A stretch of DNA of 30,679 nt, from positions 1-30,679 of the forward strand of contig JAYZAY010000022.1 in the NCBI GenBank assembly GCA_036339465.1, in the 5' to 3' direction. The notes beneath the pieces were generated by a model. It did not search any database and was not told where the DNA came from. It saw only the letters and a program-made list of their open reading frames with translations. Shown here piece after piece: positions 1 to 10,218 of the stretch. The translations under genes were made by a program, and so were the position numbers. Origin of the DNA: Myxococcota bacterium (GTDB lineage: Bacteria; Myxococcota; XYA12-FULL-58-9; JABJBS01). Numbering within the stretch: position 1 is the first letter of the stretch; the number at the start of each line of letters is the position of its first letter.

Positions 1-317
1 CAATAAGCGTCCACGCGTGCGGAGGGTCTAACGTCGCGCAAGAGGGAAAATTGCCTCGCATATCAGCAATTCTCCTGTGGTCTTGCGCATCCAGGAAAGT
101 GCGTCGACCCCTTGATTTCAAATCAATTTCAAATCAATTTCGGGACGCGATACATAGCCCACGTTTTCCCCTGTCAACGCTTCACCTACACCCTCACGGA
201 TATAAGCGCATGACTCGGGGTCAAGATGGATTGCTAATCCTTGCATGTACGGCTCTTTCATCCGCCACCTATTACCGGCTTTCATCAGCGCACTCCCAGG
301 TGATTTACTCTCCCCAG

Positions 318-3300
318 TCAGCGGAACTCAGGATATCGACTGGTACCGTCAATGACCACCGGCGTGGGATGCGGATCTGTATTGGTATCATCGTTGGCAA
401 AATAGATTTTGGGCGCGGGGTCATAACCAAAAGATGCCACTTGGGCACTGGCCGCATCTGAATAGGTGATGCCCCACATTTCAAAGAAATCGCGTTGATC
501 TTTTTGCGTAATAGAAGAAACGGCGATGAGCATAAAATCGTTACCGTCAATGCCGCCGGGCGCGTCCTCGTAGGTGCCAAAGCCTAGAGCCTCCTTTTGA
601 TTATCCCAATCTGAGGCATCCTTGATGGCCTGGTTAAACAGTCGTTCTTGGAGATACAACAATGTATACAAGTCCCAACCACTGCTTAAATAGTCCAGTT
701 CATCGCTTGTATGGATGAGCTGCATATAAAAATTCATCCTCTCATCATTGTTGGCCGCGTACCCGCTCGAAGACCAAATACGCTGGTAAACGGACTGAAC
801 GGGATCCAATTCCGATACCGCGATTTGCAAGATGTCAAAACAAGCTTCATAGCTCACTCGATCGGCACTCAAGCTTTCCCCAGTCTCTCCTTGGTAAACA
901 TAATGTTTGTGTAGTGGAAAAATCTGGTTAGAAACCTCCCCTGATCTGTCCCCATAAATTCTAAGACGGCCCGGTTGCAGATTGTGACCGATTTCATGGG
1001 TTTCACCCCACCCTAAAGGCTCAAGAGGCCAGGTTTGGTCGTAAGGGTTACCAGAACAGCCAGCACCGCAATGAGCATAGGTATCAATATTGATGTGCTG
1101 GGTGCTAGGGCTGCCATGGATACTCTCGGAAGTGCAATCCCATCCTTTGTTGGTACAATACGCGGCCACAGCCGTGTTCAAACTCAAACCCTCACCAGCA
1201 TACCCTGCGAGATTGTAGGTATCTTTGACCATGTACTTGTCTAAGTCGCTAAAGAAATAACTCAAGTTACCGTTATAGGGTTCAGCGTTGATGGCCTTGA
1301 GCATTTTATCGGTCTTTGAGTGGATCTCAACACCTCCCGTTTTGACCTCCGTGATGGGGTATGGACTACTTTGAAGTGCGGACAGGTAAGCGTCAGCATC
1401 AGCGATATCCGTGAGGACGGGATGTCCTCCGACCAAAGTCAAACGCAACTGAATCCAAACGGCGCTCTCGGTCTCATCACTCACCACCTCTAAGACGCCC
1501 CCATAGGGTGATGAAAATGTTATGGGGGTACCAGCGGTCACCGGCATTTTTGGGCTTTGCAAGAATTTCGGCCTGTCGTATTTGTCATCATCCCACTCAC
1601 GGGTGGACCCAGTACGCTGGGTGTTTATTTTCAAATCGATATTGATATCCGAATTGTCCAAACGCTCGATGGTAAAGGCTTGCCCTGGTAAGGCATAGGC
1701 ACCGATAGCCGTAAAACCGCCGTACAGAGACAAAGTGATATCTTTATCAATGGTAACAAGGTTCACCTCATCCATATTTATGGGGTCAGAAAATGTTCCT
1801 AGGTCAGCCTGAGCCATCTGACTGGTGCGGTTGTAATGAACCACATGGTCTGCGAAGTAAGCTTTCATAAATGGCATGATATCCGTGTCTGTTTTGCTCA
1901 TGGGGTACGCAATTTCTTGGCGCAAACGGTCGGTGTAAAGCAAGAGTGCTTTCCAAAACCGTTTACCCTCCATTTCAAACAATCTTTGACCCGTTTGGTC
2001 TAAATGCCACATGAAGTTTTTTATTTTTAAGGCTCCGTCCAAGAAATTCTCGGCAAGGTTGACCACGTTGCCACAAGACGTTTTACCCACAGAAGTTGTG
2101 CACACGCTAAAATCAAAAGACAAATCGTTTTGTTTCAAGTGATTCAACACCCTAGCCACACTCTCCAAAGCCCCGCCTGCAGCGATCAAATCATCAATGG
2201 AATCCCATTGTGCCTGGTCTTGGGCCCAATAATTACCCCCATAGGGTCCAATGGACATGTCCATCCCAGCCAAGACGCCATTGCCGTAGTCGCTTACGTC
2301 CCAGCCTTTGGTGTGAAGATAGAGGACAGGCACACCACGATAAAGGGCGTCATCCACCAGCAGTTCCACCTGTTTTGAATCACTCTCTTCGCCGTGAGCA
2401 CCCAGCACCAACAAATCTAGATTCGCCACACAAGAAGCCGCGGTGCTCATATCGTCGCAATCAGAATAACTGGCCAAAGGGTAAGTACCTTCAAACCAGG
2501 TTGACACCTGGTTATAATGCCCCCCCAAACCCATGAACCCCACTTTGGCCATGGACAGCTCAGCACTATCATCAGCATCACCTGCGACCAACCAAGACAG
2601 CAGACGCACAAAAGCTGGCTCAAATTGAAGTTGCTCGTTACCGGAAAATCGCGCGACCACATCGTCACCAAAGGCAGCACAGGGGGTTGCATATTGCGTA
2701 CCTGCCAGGGCCAAATTATTTCCTTGTTCGCCCAACACAAACGCAAACTTGTTTTGGTAATCGGTGGTTTCGACCCACTGACTCGATTTTTTTGGGACAA
2801 AAGTCAGTGATGCATCACCATAAATTGCTCGCAAAGAGGCTTCGGCATTGCGGGTCATGTCTGCTAAATACTGCAATGCAAAATCAAGAGGTAATGTGGT
2901 GCTGTTCAAGCCCCTAGCATCGCCTGTGGCCAACGCGGTTTCAAAAGTACAACCGGGGTCCTCTGCTTTGATAGTGGATTGTCGGTTGGTGTCGTCACAG
3001 TCGTTCTCGGCCTCGTAGCCATCATCGTCGATATCCACATCAACACAACTGGCACCAACTCCATCGTAACCGGCATTGCAACTGCAAACTCTGTCACTGG
3101 TCGCTGTGGCAGCTTGGGTTTCTGTGGCATTTTCATCACACAACGTTAAGGACGTACAATCTCGGTCACTGGTTGTGGTTGCTCCTATCGACTCATATTC
3201 AGTCGCATTACAAGATTGAACCGGCAAACAAATCGCCGCGTTGACGGTGGCGGAAAAATCAACACCCGCCCTACAGCGGCCACAGACACGGTCTGAAGTG

Positions 3301-3674
3301 GTTGTGTGTGGAGTACTCACGAACTCACCGGCCTGACAATCGGTTAGAATCGGAGCAAATCCCAAACAAGAACTGTTGCAGGTTTTTTCTGCCGTATAAG
3401 AATCTGTGTTATTGGTGCCGTCATCACAGCTTTCGCCTTCTTCAAGAATCCCATTTCCACATTCGGCAGAGTTGGCCGCGGGCTGGCCAGCTTCAGAGGT
3501 TTCGGTTCCGGTTGAGATAACCGAAGAGGGAGCCGCTTCGTTGTAAGTCTCACTTTGGTCTCCCACATTCCCACCAACATTTGTACTCGAACCGCCCTCT
3601 CCACCGTCACAACTCATCATTAGAAAAGCACTAACCGCCAAGCGGCCACAGTATTGAAGCTGATATCGATTCAT
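318..3674 (-). CDS. Lipoprotein ImpA/M60-like zinc metalloprotease with N-terminal Cys-rich repeat stalk
   Basis: The HExxH zinc motif GWGETHEIGHNLQ (HEIGH at 984-998) is followed by GEVSNQIF, the M60-like third ligand. Segments NYWAQD, NTQRTGSTR, RPKFLQSP and CGAGCSGNPYD recall Pseudomonas/Vibrio ImpA. Start moved from 4025 to the ATG at 3674, which has AGGAG upstream and a lipobox-like signal (MNRY...AFLMMSC). Confidence 0.85.
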   Translation of the reverse strand: MNRYQLQYCGRLAVSAFLMMSCDGGEGGSSTNVGGNVGDQSETYNEAAPSSVISTGTETSEAGQPAANSAECGNGILEEGESCDDGTNNTDSYTAEKTCNSSCLGFAPILTDCQAGEFVSTPHTTTSDRVCGRCRAGVDFSATVNAAICLPVQSCNATEYESIGATTTSDRDCTSLTLCDENATETQAATATSDRVCSCNAGYDGVGASCVDVDIDDDGYEAENDCDDTNRQSTIKAEDPGCTFETALATGDARGLNSTTLPLDFALQYLADMTRNAEASLRAIYGDASLTFVPKKSSQWVETTDYQNKFAFVLGEQGNNLALAGTQYATPCAAFGDDVVARFSGNEQLQFEPAFVRLLSWLVAGDADDSAELSMAKVGFMGLGGHYNQVSTWFEGTYPLASYSDCDDMSTAASCVANLDLLVLGAHGEESDSKQVELLVDDALYRGVPVLYLHTKGWDVSDYGNGVLAGMDMSIGPYGGNYWAQDQAQWDSIDDLIAAGGALESVARVLNHLKQNDLSFDFSVCTTSVGKTSCGNVVNLAENFLDGALKIKNFMWHLDQTGQRLFEMEGKRFWKALLLYTDRLRQEIAYPMSKTDTDIMPFMKAYFADHVVHYNRTSQMAQADLGTFSDPINMDEVNLVTIDKDITLSLYGGFTAIGAYALPGQAFTIERLDNSDINIDLKINTQRTGSTREWDDDKYDRPKFLQSPKMPVTAGTPITFSSPYGGVLEVVSDETESAVWIQLRLTLVGGHPVLTDIADADAYLSALQSSPYPITEVKTGGVEIHSKTDKMLKAINAEPYNGNLSYFFSDLDKYMVKDTYNLAGYAGEGLSLNTAVAAYCTNKGWDCTSESIHGSPSTQHINIDTYAHCGAGCSGNPYDQTWPLEPLGWGETHEIGHNLQPGRLRIYGDRSGEVSNQIFPLHKHYVYQGETGESLSADRVSYEACFDILQIAVSELDPVQSVYQRIWSSSGYAANNDERMNFYMQLIHTSDELDYLSSGWDLYTLLYLQERLFNQAIKDASDWDNQKEALGFGTYEDAPGGIDGNDFMLIAVSSITQKDQRDFFEMWGITYSDAASAQVASFGYDPAPKIYFANDDTNTDPHPTPVVIDGTSRYPEFR

Positions 3675-3950
3675 CACCCTACTCCTTCTCCACACGACAC
3701 ATTTCCCTTGGAAAATCAGACCACAGCATGGCTGTCGTCGTAAATCAACAGGATAACGAAACAACGCAATATCCCAAGAGGACTCAATATCCGAGAAGCA
3801 GCCTGGACCGCAGTCCATGGCATTTTTCACAATGCGAATTTCGATGTTCGCTGAGGCCCCATCAACTGGTTCTTTAGCATGGCCGATCTCCACCGTTGGC
3901 ATCGCTCCAAAACCCTGAAAGAAGAGAACAATCATTACGGCAACAATATA

Positions 3951-3989
3951 ATCTTCTGGGATATCTTCTGGGATATCTTCTGGGATATC
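3951..3989. repeat. 12-bp tandem repeat ATCTTCTGGGAT x3 plus a partial copy
   Basis: Exact copies at 3951, 3963 and 3975. Confidence 0.95.
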
Positions 3990-4504
3990 GTCTTTGACAC
4001 CGTCTATTGGCCCCGAGATTACCAATCCAAATCGAATATTGGGTTTTCAGAAATGGAACGAGTTTCAAAGAATTATCAGGAACAGCTTTCGTCGCCTATG
4101 AAATGGCAAGACAACGCCGCCCATGACGCAAAATAATCGTGGGCAAAAAGACAACAACTACCCTTCTTTTCTAGTTTTGTGTATTTCGAGAGGAAGGATA
4201 AGTCATCTATTATCACGAAAAAGTTTAGAGCTATCAACCGCGTAAAAATCAGAAAGGGCGAATGAGGAGGAGACTCGACAAGAGCCCCCTCCAAAGAGAA
4301 CGATTACGAGGAATTCAAACTAGTTGTTGCCGTCGTCTTCAAGCCGACCAAAGGCAGGTACCGGTACGAGACTACAACGAAAGAGGGCTTCGTCTAGGTA
4401 GAATCCGTTTTTGCTGAAGCAGCTCCCCTCATCGTGGAACCAAACCTCACTTTGCTCCATATCGAGTGCAAGGTTAGAAACATCGCAGTTCTCCGCAAAA
4501 GTTT

Positions 4505-4750
4505 CATTGGTATTTAGGGCAGTTAAGGACGTAAATTCCGAAAGCCCGGCTCATCAACCGGTGCCAAGCGTCCTCGTTTTGGTGCAGGCCCTGGCATGTT
4601 CACTCCCCTCTTTTGGCTTTCGGTGATTTAGCAGCCCCTTTTTTCTCAAGCGGGTATTGGGCGTAAACACCCCCTGGAAACAAACGAGATAACTTCGCGG
4701 TATTGGGAATGAGAACCACTGGTTTTTCAATACCTATTTTCGGAAATCGG
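4505..4750 (-). mobile_element. IS91-family (Y2 HUH) transposase C-terminal remnant
   Basis: The minus strand reads, across frameshifts, PRSYLVCFQGVFTPNTRLRKK...AWHRLMSRAFGIYVLNCPK. The DNA aligns by eye with 26250-26490 (shared catcaaccgg, gttcactcccctc, cttttgg, aacaaacga, acttcgcggt, tttctcaatac-like stretches). Confidence 0.75.
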
Positions 4751-4829
4751 CAGTCGGGATAAAACGGAGATGGGTGGTGCCGTCTGAGTAAGGCCTTTTA
4801 AGGCGAAGCGACACATCACCACCAAGGCA

Positions 4830-5750
4830 TCGAGTTCGTGAAGCTCGAGCACCAACTCATCCACGGCGGCGCTGGATTTACCCTCGTGTTTTCACTTTTC
4901 ACCTTGGCCCGAGCCACGGTTTCAGCGCCGCTTTGGCTGATTTTTTTTTGAGGTTCGAAATGATATTATTTCCGCGCTGTTCGATACAGCCCGCCAAAAT
5001 CAATTCCGCACCGAGGGTACCGCCACTTTGGGTGGGGCAGGAGATCTCATTACAATCCATGGCCTGTTTCAGGGCATCCACCCCCAACATGAACTCCAAC
5101 TCCGACGTGCCCAACACCTGCTCGTAGCCCTTAAATTTCTGCACCCCGTTGAGTACCAACTCGTTGAGGATGGCCACGGTATTCCAGCTGCTGTTTCGGG
5201 TGGTGAACGGCATCACCACCACCGAATTTTTCGCCGTGGGCACCCCCGGCGCTTCTTCGGCCCCCATGGTTTTCTTCAGGGTCTCGATTTGCTTCACCGC
5301 CGCCTGTGTCACCTTATCCTCTTCTGGGAGCGCCCCGCTTGAGGAGGTGATGCTTCACCGGCAGCGGGGGCAAAAGCAGGAGTTGGTTCAGTCACCGCAG
5401 GTTCCGGCGCAAGCGCAAGTTTCGCTTCCACGACGGGCAGAATCTTGGCTTCGGGCGTTTTGGCCACCTCGGGGCTCCAGGTCACCCCCTTCTCAAAGAG
5501 GCACCAAGGCTTAAAGAGAGCATCGTTCATGGCTACCGTTCCACTCCCCCACGTCAGCGCACCAACTTGCCCTTCACCGACACCGGTGTCCGTTGAGAAA
5601 GGCTCTTCACCTTCACCCGCTTGTTGGTCTTAGCATCGCGGATTGTTTAGACGGTTTAAGCTTACGGTCCGGTGTGGCTGCGAAACTCACAGGCACCACC
5701 AAGGTAACCGTCAGAAAGGACACCCAAAATCTCACCTAGGATTTCTTCAT
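4830..5750 (-). pseudogene. Decayed exported protein with a Pro/Ala-rich linker and a CsgG/TolB-N-like alpha/beta domain
   Basis: The ATG at 5750 has a G-rich RBS, but codon 5 is TAG, inside a signal-like segment (VRFWVSFLTVTLVVPVSFAA). Further stops and frameshifts split ORFs 5309-5530 and 4899-5312. The motif DCNEISC...GGTLGAELILAGCI resembles the myxobacterial TolB-N/CsgG-like domain. Confidence 0.55.
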
Positions 5751-5897
5751 GAAATTTCCCCCTGGCAAGTTCCTAGTAGGGTTTTCGGGATGGATTAAGA
5801 CGACCTAAACCAAAAATACATCCAGACTTTCTAGGAAAACAAGGACTGGAAAATGGCCACAAAAATGTGCCAAGAAAACCCAGCCATCAAAACATCC

Positions 5898-7292
5898 CTA
5901 ATCATGCACCTTCAGCACACAGAGCACGGGAAAATGGTTCATACAGCTATCGATCCCCTGCCGAGTTTTCGGTTCCTTTTTTCCAGCAAACTCTCTTTCA
6001 TCCTCAGACAGTTCCCTCAGGGTTGGGTCACCTATCCAGTAGGTCTTAAGGGGTCTGCTGAACGGTTCCCCAAACTGGGCATTGCCCCCGAGAAAGGTAA
6101 GAGCAAAACCAACTCCCCCTTGAACATTGTTCATGCCGCGGTTGGGGTGTTCTACTTGTCGATTTCTTTCGGCCCAAGGCTCGTCATATTTATCGGTGCA
6201 ACCGCCACGGTACCAGTAGACAATTTCCTGGGCCTGACACGTGGGGCGAGCGATAGCATCGGGGTTTTGCTCAAGGTCGTTGGTTCGGAGTGAGAATTTC
6301 ATAAAGCTCGACCAATCACCACCTAGTTCAACAGGGCTACCAATCAACCAAGGTGCGTTGACCTTCCACTGAGATCTCTCCTCAGCGGTGGGGCTCGACT
6401 CCACCTTAGAACCCGGTTCAAACCTCTTTTCGGTGGTGGCCCTAATGGGCTTGCGAAAACGAATGGGAAGAACATCACATACCTTCTCGCCTTCTTCGTT
6501 GTCGAGGCGAGAAATGAGCGGCTGGGCATATTCTTCATCCCCTTCTTCATGGGAAAGCCTCAGTCGGTCGGCCAAATCCTGCCAGTTCTGTTCGCTGCTT
6601 ATCAAAATGGGAATAATCTCGTGGTTTATATTGTCCTCGTTAACCAGGCAGCGACCACTCTTCTTACACCACTCTGGTAATTGGCAGATCTTCTCATGGG
6701 CCAACGCGCCACGGTATCCCTCCACGGGCTGCCTGTGATTGCCATCCATAGGCTTATTCATTTCACGATTAAACCAACCGACAGTGTGCCCATAAGCATC
6801 GTCATTCATCATCAGGCGACCCTGCTCCACCCCCGCATCCCACCAATAAACCAAGCGTGAGGCTTCGGTGACAATTTCTTCTTGTGACGGATAGAGCTCC
6901 GGCTCTGGGCGATGCCGTGGGCCTTCATCGTCATCATTTCCGCCACCCTCTCCACCTTGATTTTTCTCCTTGGCCGCTGCTTCATCGTTCCATTCATCAT
7001 CTTGCTCTTGCTCCACTTGCCCCTTGGCCTTCTTCGCTTCCTGCTCCGCTTTTTGGGAAGCACTTAGGGCATCGCCACCTTGCCCGGCCCCGCCGATAGC
7101 CAACTCTTGGTCGTAGGCATCGCCCCCGCATCCCCCGGCACTCTGACCCGTGGCCTGTCCCGAAAGTGTCCCGCCCACCTTAAAATCCACAAAAATGGCC
7201 ACAAGAGCCAAGGCGCCAATCCAGGCAACCCTCTTTAGGAACGGGTTGCGCTTCTCTGATTCATGATTTTCCTGTGATGGTTCTTCCGACAA
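5898..7292 (-). CDS. Hypothetical membrane-anchored exported protein (464 aa), possible C-type-lectin-like C-terminus
   Basis: Long ORF with a probable TTG start at 7292 (GGAGG 5 nt upstream). One N-terminal hydrophobic helix (VAWIGALALVAIFV), an acidic Gly-rich linker, and a Cys/Trp-rich domain ending YWIG...SCMNHFPVLCV. Confidence 0.7.
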   Translation of the reverse strand: MSEEPSQENHESEKRNPFLKRVAWIGALALVAIFVDFKVGGTLSGQATGQSAGGCGGDAYDQELAIGGAGQGGDALSASQKAEQEAKKAKGQVEQEQDDEWNDEAAAKEKNQGGEGGGNDDDEGPRHRPEPELYPSQEEIVTEASRLVYWWDAGVEQGRLMMNDDAYGHTVGWFNREMNKPMDGNHRQPVEGYRGALAHEKICQLPEWCKKSGRCLVNEDNINHEIIPILISSEQNWQDLADRLRLSHEEGDEEYAQPLISRLDNEEGEKVCDVLPIRFRKPIRATTEKRFEPGSKVESSPTAEERSQWKVNAPWLIGSPVELGGDWSSFMKFSLRTNDLEQNPDAIARPTCQAQEIVYWYRGGCTDKYDEPWAERNRQVEHPNRGMNNVQGGVGFALTFLGGNAQFGEPFSRPLKTYWIGDPTLRELSEDEREFAGKKEPKTRQGIDSCMNHFPVLCVLKVHD

Positions 7293-7659
7293 GGTCCCCT
7301 CCACCAGTACGAACTTCTTCAGCGATAACAGTCTACCATGCTTGCTCGGATCTAAGGTAAGATATTTAAACAAACCCCAAACATTTATCCTCTCCCCCCC
7401 AAGCACCCTTGATGCATTCAATGGGATAATCCATCGAGGTCCGTCAGAGACGAGCGAAGACAATAACACGCAAATTGGCCCTGATGGCGATCTCCGGAGG
7501 CATGGATTGCACCTCGCTGCGATATGACAATCTATATGACCATCTATCTGACAATCGCCTCGGCAGCGTTACTCTCGCGTGCAATTCCCAAGGCGCAGTG
7601 GTGAGCTAGCGGAAGTTCGAGCCCTACGGAAAATGGGTCGAAGAGACAGGCTGGGTTGG

Positions 7660-7715
7660 TAGCTCCCGCTTCACAGGGCAGGAACCTGACGCTTCCACCG
7701 GGGAAGCGGAAGCTA
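7660..7715. repeat. Inverted repeat / REP-like hairpin
   Basis: Arms TAGCTCCCGCTTC (7660-7672) and GAAGCGGAAGCTA (7703-7715) are 12/13 complementary, with a 30-nt loop, in a divergent intergenic region. Confidence 0.6.
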
Positions 7716-7827
7716 TGCCACGAGTGTCTTGATTACTGAAATAACGTTGTATTCTGGACTTTTTGTGGGTTTTGCCATTCAATCGCTCCTTAACTCTTGT
7801 AAAATCTGCATTGAATTGGAGTTCATT

Positions 7828-8295
7828 ATGAAAGTTTTTTGGATCGTCTCAACCTGCGTGGTGCTGGCGATAGGTTGTGCCAGCAATCAAGAGCCCCCCC
7901 ACGTCTCACCCTCGGACTCGGTTGTCGAATCTAAACCCGACACACTTTCCGAGAGCGAAGTGACCCAATCCTACGAGGACTGTTTTAACTACTGTGAGGA
8001 AGCGATGGACCAAGCGGGGCAAGTTCGGGATGAATGTCCACAAACTTGCCGCGAGGATCCCGGGGCGTTCACTCAGGACGATCTGATGAACGACGATGAG
8101 GTCGATGGATTGATGATCACCAAGCAATGCCTCAGTGAGTGTCATACTAATTCCCTAAGCACTAAAAAAACGGGTGGTTGCAACCAGAGGTGCTGTGTGC
8201 AGAGTTGCGAACGGCGCCAAGACTATAATGGCAGCGGCATGGGGCCTGAATGCCCTGGAATGTGTCGGGAATTCTTAGCTCGTTCTAAGAAATGA
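7828..8295 (+). CDS. Cys-rich lipoprotein, unknown function (155 aa)
   Basis: ATG at 7828 after GGAG. Signal peptide with lipobox LAIGC. Repeated CxxxC motifs (CFNYC, CPQTC, CLSEC, CNQRC, CVQSC, CPGMC). Confidence 0.75.
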   Translation: MKVFWIVSTCVVLAIGCASNQEPPHVSPSDSVVESKPDTLSESEVTQSYEDCFNYCEEAMDQAGQVRDECPQTCREDPGAFTQDDLMNDDEVDGLMITKQCLSECHTNSLSTKKTGGCNQRCCVQSCERRQDYNGSGMGPECPGMCREFLARSKK

Positions 8296-8506
8296 TTAGG
8301 GAATCGAGCGGGTTTCTCACTCTGAAAGCCTCACCCCGACGATTCTACTCAATCTCAATTAAAAACATCAAAAAGACCACTCGCTGAATCGACTTTATCC
8401 ATAGTCATGAAGATGATTGAATTAGGTGATGAACCAGTACCTCTCTAAGATGGTTCAACACCCAATCGTCGTTTGGAGATAAGATTGGAAGAACATTGAG
8501 ATTAGA

Positions 8507-9490
8507 ATGCAAAAAATCAACAGGATCACAGACATTCAATCATTGCACCAGCATGTTCAAAGAAACGAACCATGTGTCTACAAAGTGCCTCCTGAAAAAC
8601 AGTTACCATTCCAAAAAAAATGGTCGAAAGAATTTCTTCTAAAACAGGTTGGTTCCACTGAAGTAAAGGTCAGAAATTCGGCCTCAAAAAAATATGTCGA
8701 TCCAGAAGAAAATTTTTGGCCATTGGTCGGAGCCTTTCTTCTCAACAAGATGACCTTTGCCGAATTCATGAATATGGGAGCTCCCCATGGAATGGTCATG
8801 TCTGGAACCGAAACGTATATTCACCACAACGGTGAATCCACACCCGCGTGGAAGGAGCTTTGGCAAGATGCCTCTGGATTGACCATGCCAGAGGACGAGA
8901 ATATCCAATCTGAGTGGCTCACCCCAGAAGACCTTCATACCGTGGGTTTATGGGTGAGCGGCAAGGGTGTTAAATCAATTCTTCACTATGATGATTCAGG
9001 AGACAACAATTTTAACTTTCAGGTTCTTGGCTCCAAGCGAATCACCCTATTTCCGCCTCAAGATTGGCCAAACCTAAAGACCATACTCGCCCTTGGCCTG
9101 CACGGAATGGAAGCATTTGAAGCATTACATCAACCTCCGCTAAGTCCTGCAGCGTCCATTCTGGAGTCAACGAATCCTCACGTAGCACACCTGGAGAAGG
9201 ACGAGGTCCTTTATATTCCTTCGCGATGGTATCACTTCGTCGAACACGAAGGAGAATTTAACATCAATCTGACTTATTGGTTCAAAAGAGGTCCGATCGA
9301 AAGAGTAGACGAAAACATCCAACAACTCAGTGTACCAGGACGTAGTTGCCGTGATCATCTCCTAGTTCTAAAGCTTAGTGGAGCGATGTTCCTAGCCGCA
9401 ATGTTTAATCTGTTCTGGAAAGTCACAGGTTTGCGCTTGGGCGATTGGATCTGTAATCGATTGGCCCACGTTAAGAAAGCTTTGCCGTAA
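8507..9490 (+). CDS. JmjC/cupin-like Fe(II)/2-oxoglutarate oxygenase
   Basis: LHYD...NFNFQVLGSKRITLFPP and VLYIPSRWYHFVEH give the HxD...H facial triad, and the N-terminal KWSKEFL segment is typical of Cupin_8 proteins. Hydrophobic C-terminal helix. Confidence 0.85.
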   Translation: MQKINRITDIQSLHQHVQRNEPCVYKVPPEKQLPFQKKWSKEFLLKQVGSTEVKVRNSASKKYVDPEENFWPLVGAFLLNKMTFAEFMNMGAPHGMVMSGTETYIHHNGESTPAWKELWQDASGLTMPEDENIQSEWLTPEDLHTVGLWVSGKGVKSILHYDDSGDNNFNFQVLGSKRITLFPPQDWPNLKTILALGLHGMEAFEALHQPPLSPAASILESTNPHVAHLEKDEVLYIPSRWYHFVEHEGEFNINLTYWFKRGPIERVDENIQQLSVPGRSCRDHLLVLKLSGAMFLAAMFNLFWKVTGLRLGDWICNRLAHVKKALP

Positions 9491-9567
9491 CCACACTCTC
9501 TTGAACTTATTCGAAGAGCATTAATCAACGGTAACCAAGTCAAGAAACCCCACAAGCAAGGTCATAT

Positions 9568-10045
9568 TTACAACAAGCCGCACATAGGGCCTCTTGCCAT
9601 CATTGCGATCCGGGTAAAGAGAGAACAGTAGACGTTGTTAATATGGACCGATGAGGCGACCCCCAGATCCAAATTCACGAAGCCTACAATATTCCAATAT
9701 GCGCCACCACCCCGGTGCTCCAAATCAAGGAAGAAAGAAAGATGCGGAAAGTCCATAAAACACAGCTAAAGTGCCCAAAAGCGAGATAGAGAACAACCCA
9801 ATGACCACCGAGAGACAAACCAAGACAAATAATTCCACAAATAGATAACGCTCAAAAATTGAATTTCCAAAGGGACTCCCCACCATGGTCACCACAAAAT
9901 TGCCCTTGGAACGAACCCCACTTTCGTTGTGTTGCCATTGTAGAGTTTCTAAGACCAGAAGAAAGCTCTCCATGAAAGAGACATATTCACGTGCTTCCGT
10001 CGATTCGACATCATCGAAGTTACGCTCACTGAACTTAAAGATCTT
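9568..10045 (-). pseudogene. Possible fragmented small membrane protein
   Basis: Two overlapping minus-strand ORFs (9725-9973 and 9568-9756) with hydrophobic stretches. No recognisable family. Confidence 0.25.
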
Positions 10046-10218
10046 TCAATCCACCCACCCTAGTTCTTGCACAGCTCACCCAAAAAACCGTAGCCCCTCT
10101 CTTCACCCCACCTTAAGCATGCAACAATGGCCACCTCACGTCCTTAGTTCTAGCTCTTCACCCGAATCAAAACCAGAGAATTTGGCATTGACTCGGCCCC
10201 AAGAAAGGAAGCAATGGA

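Noticed and set aside
51..461. 136-aa plus-strand ORF and the short ATTTCAAATCA duplication near 114-140
   Set aside because: The ORF overlaps the protease 3' end and has no motifs. The duplication is too short to interpret.
3675..4025. N-terminal 117 aa of the 1235-aa ORF
   Set aside because: It looks non-coding and includes the 12-bp repeat. A clear RBS and lipoprotein signal begin at 3674.
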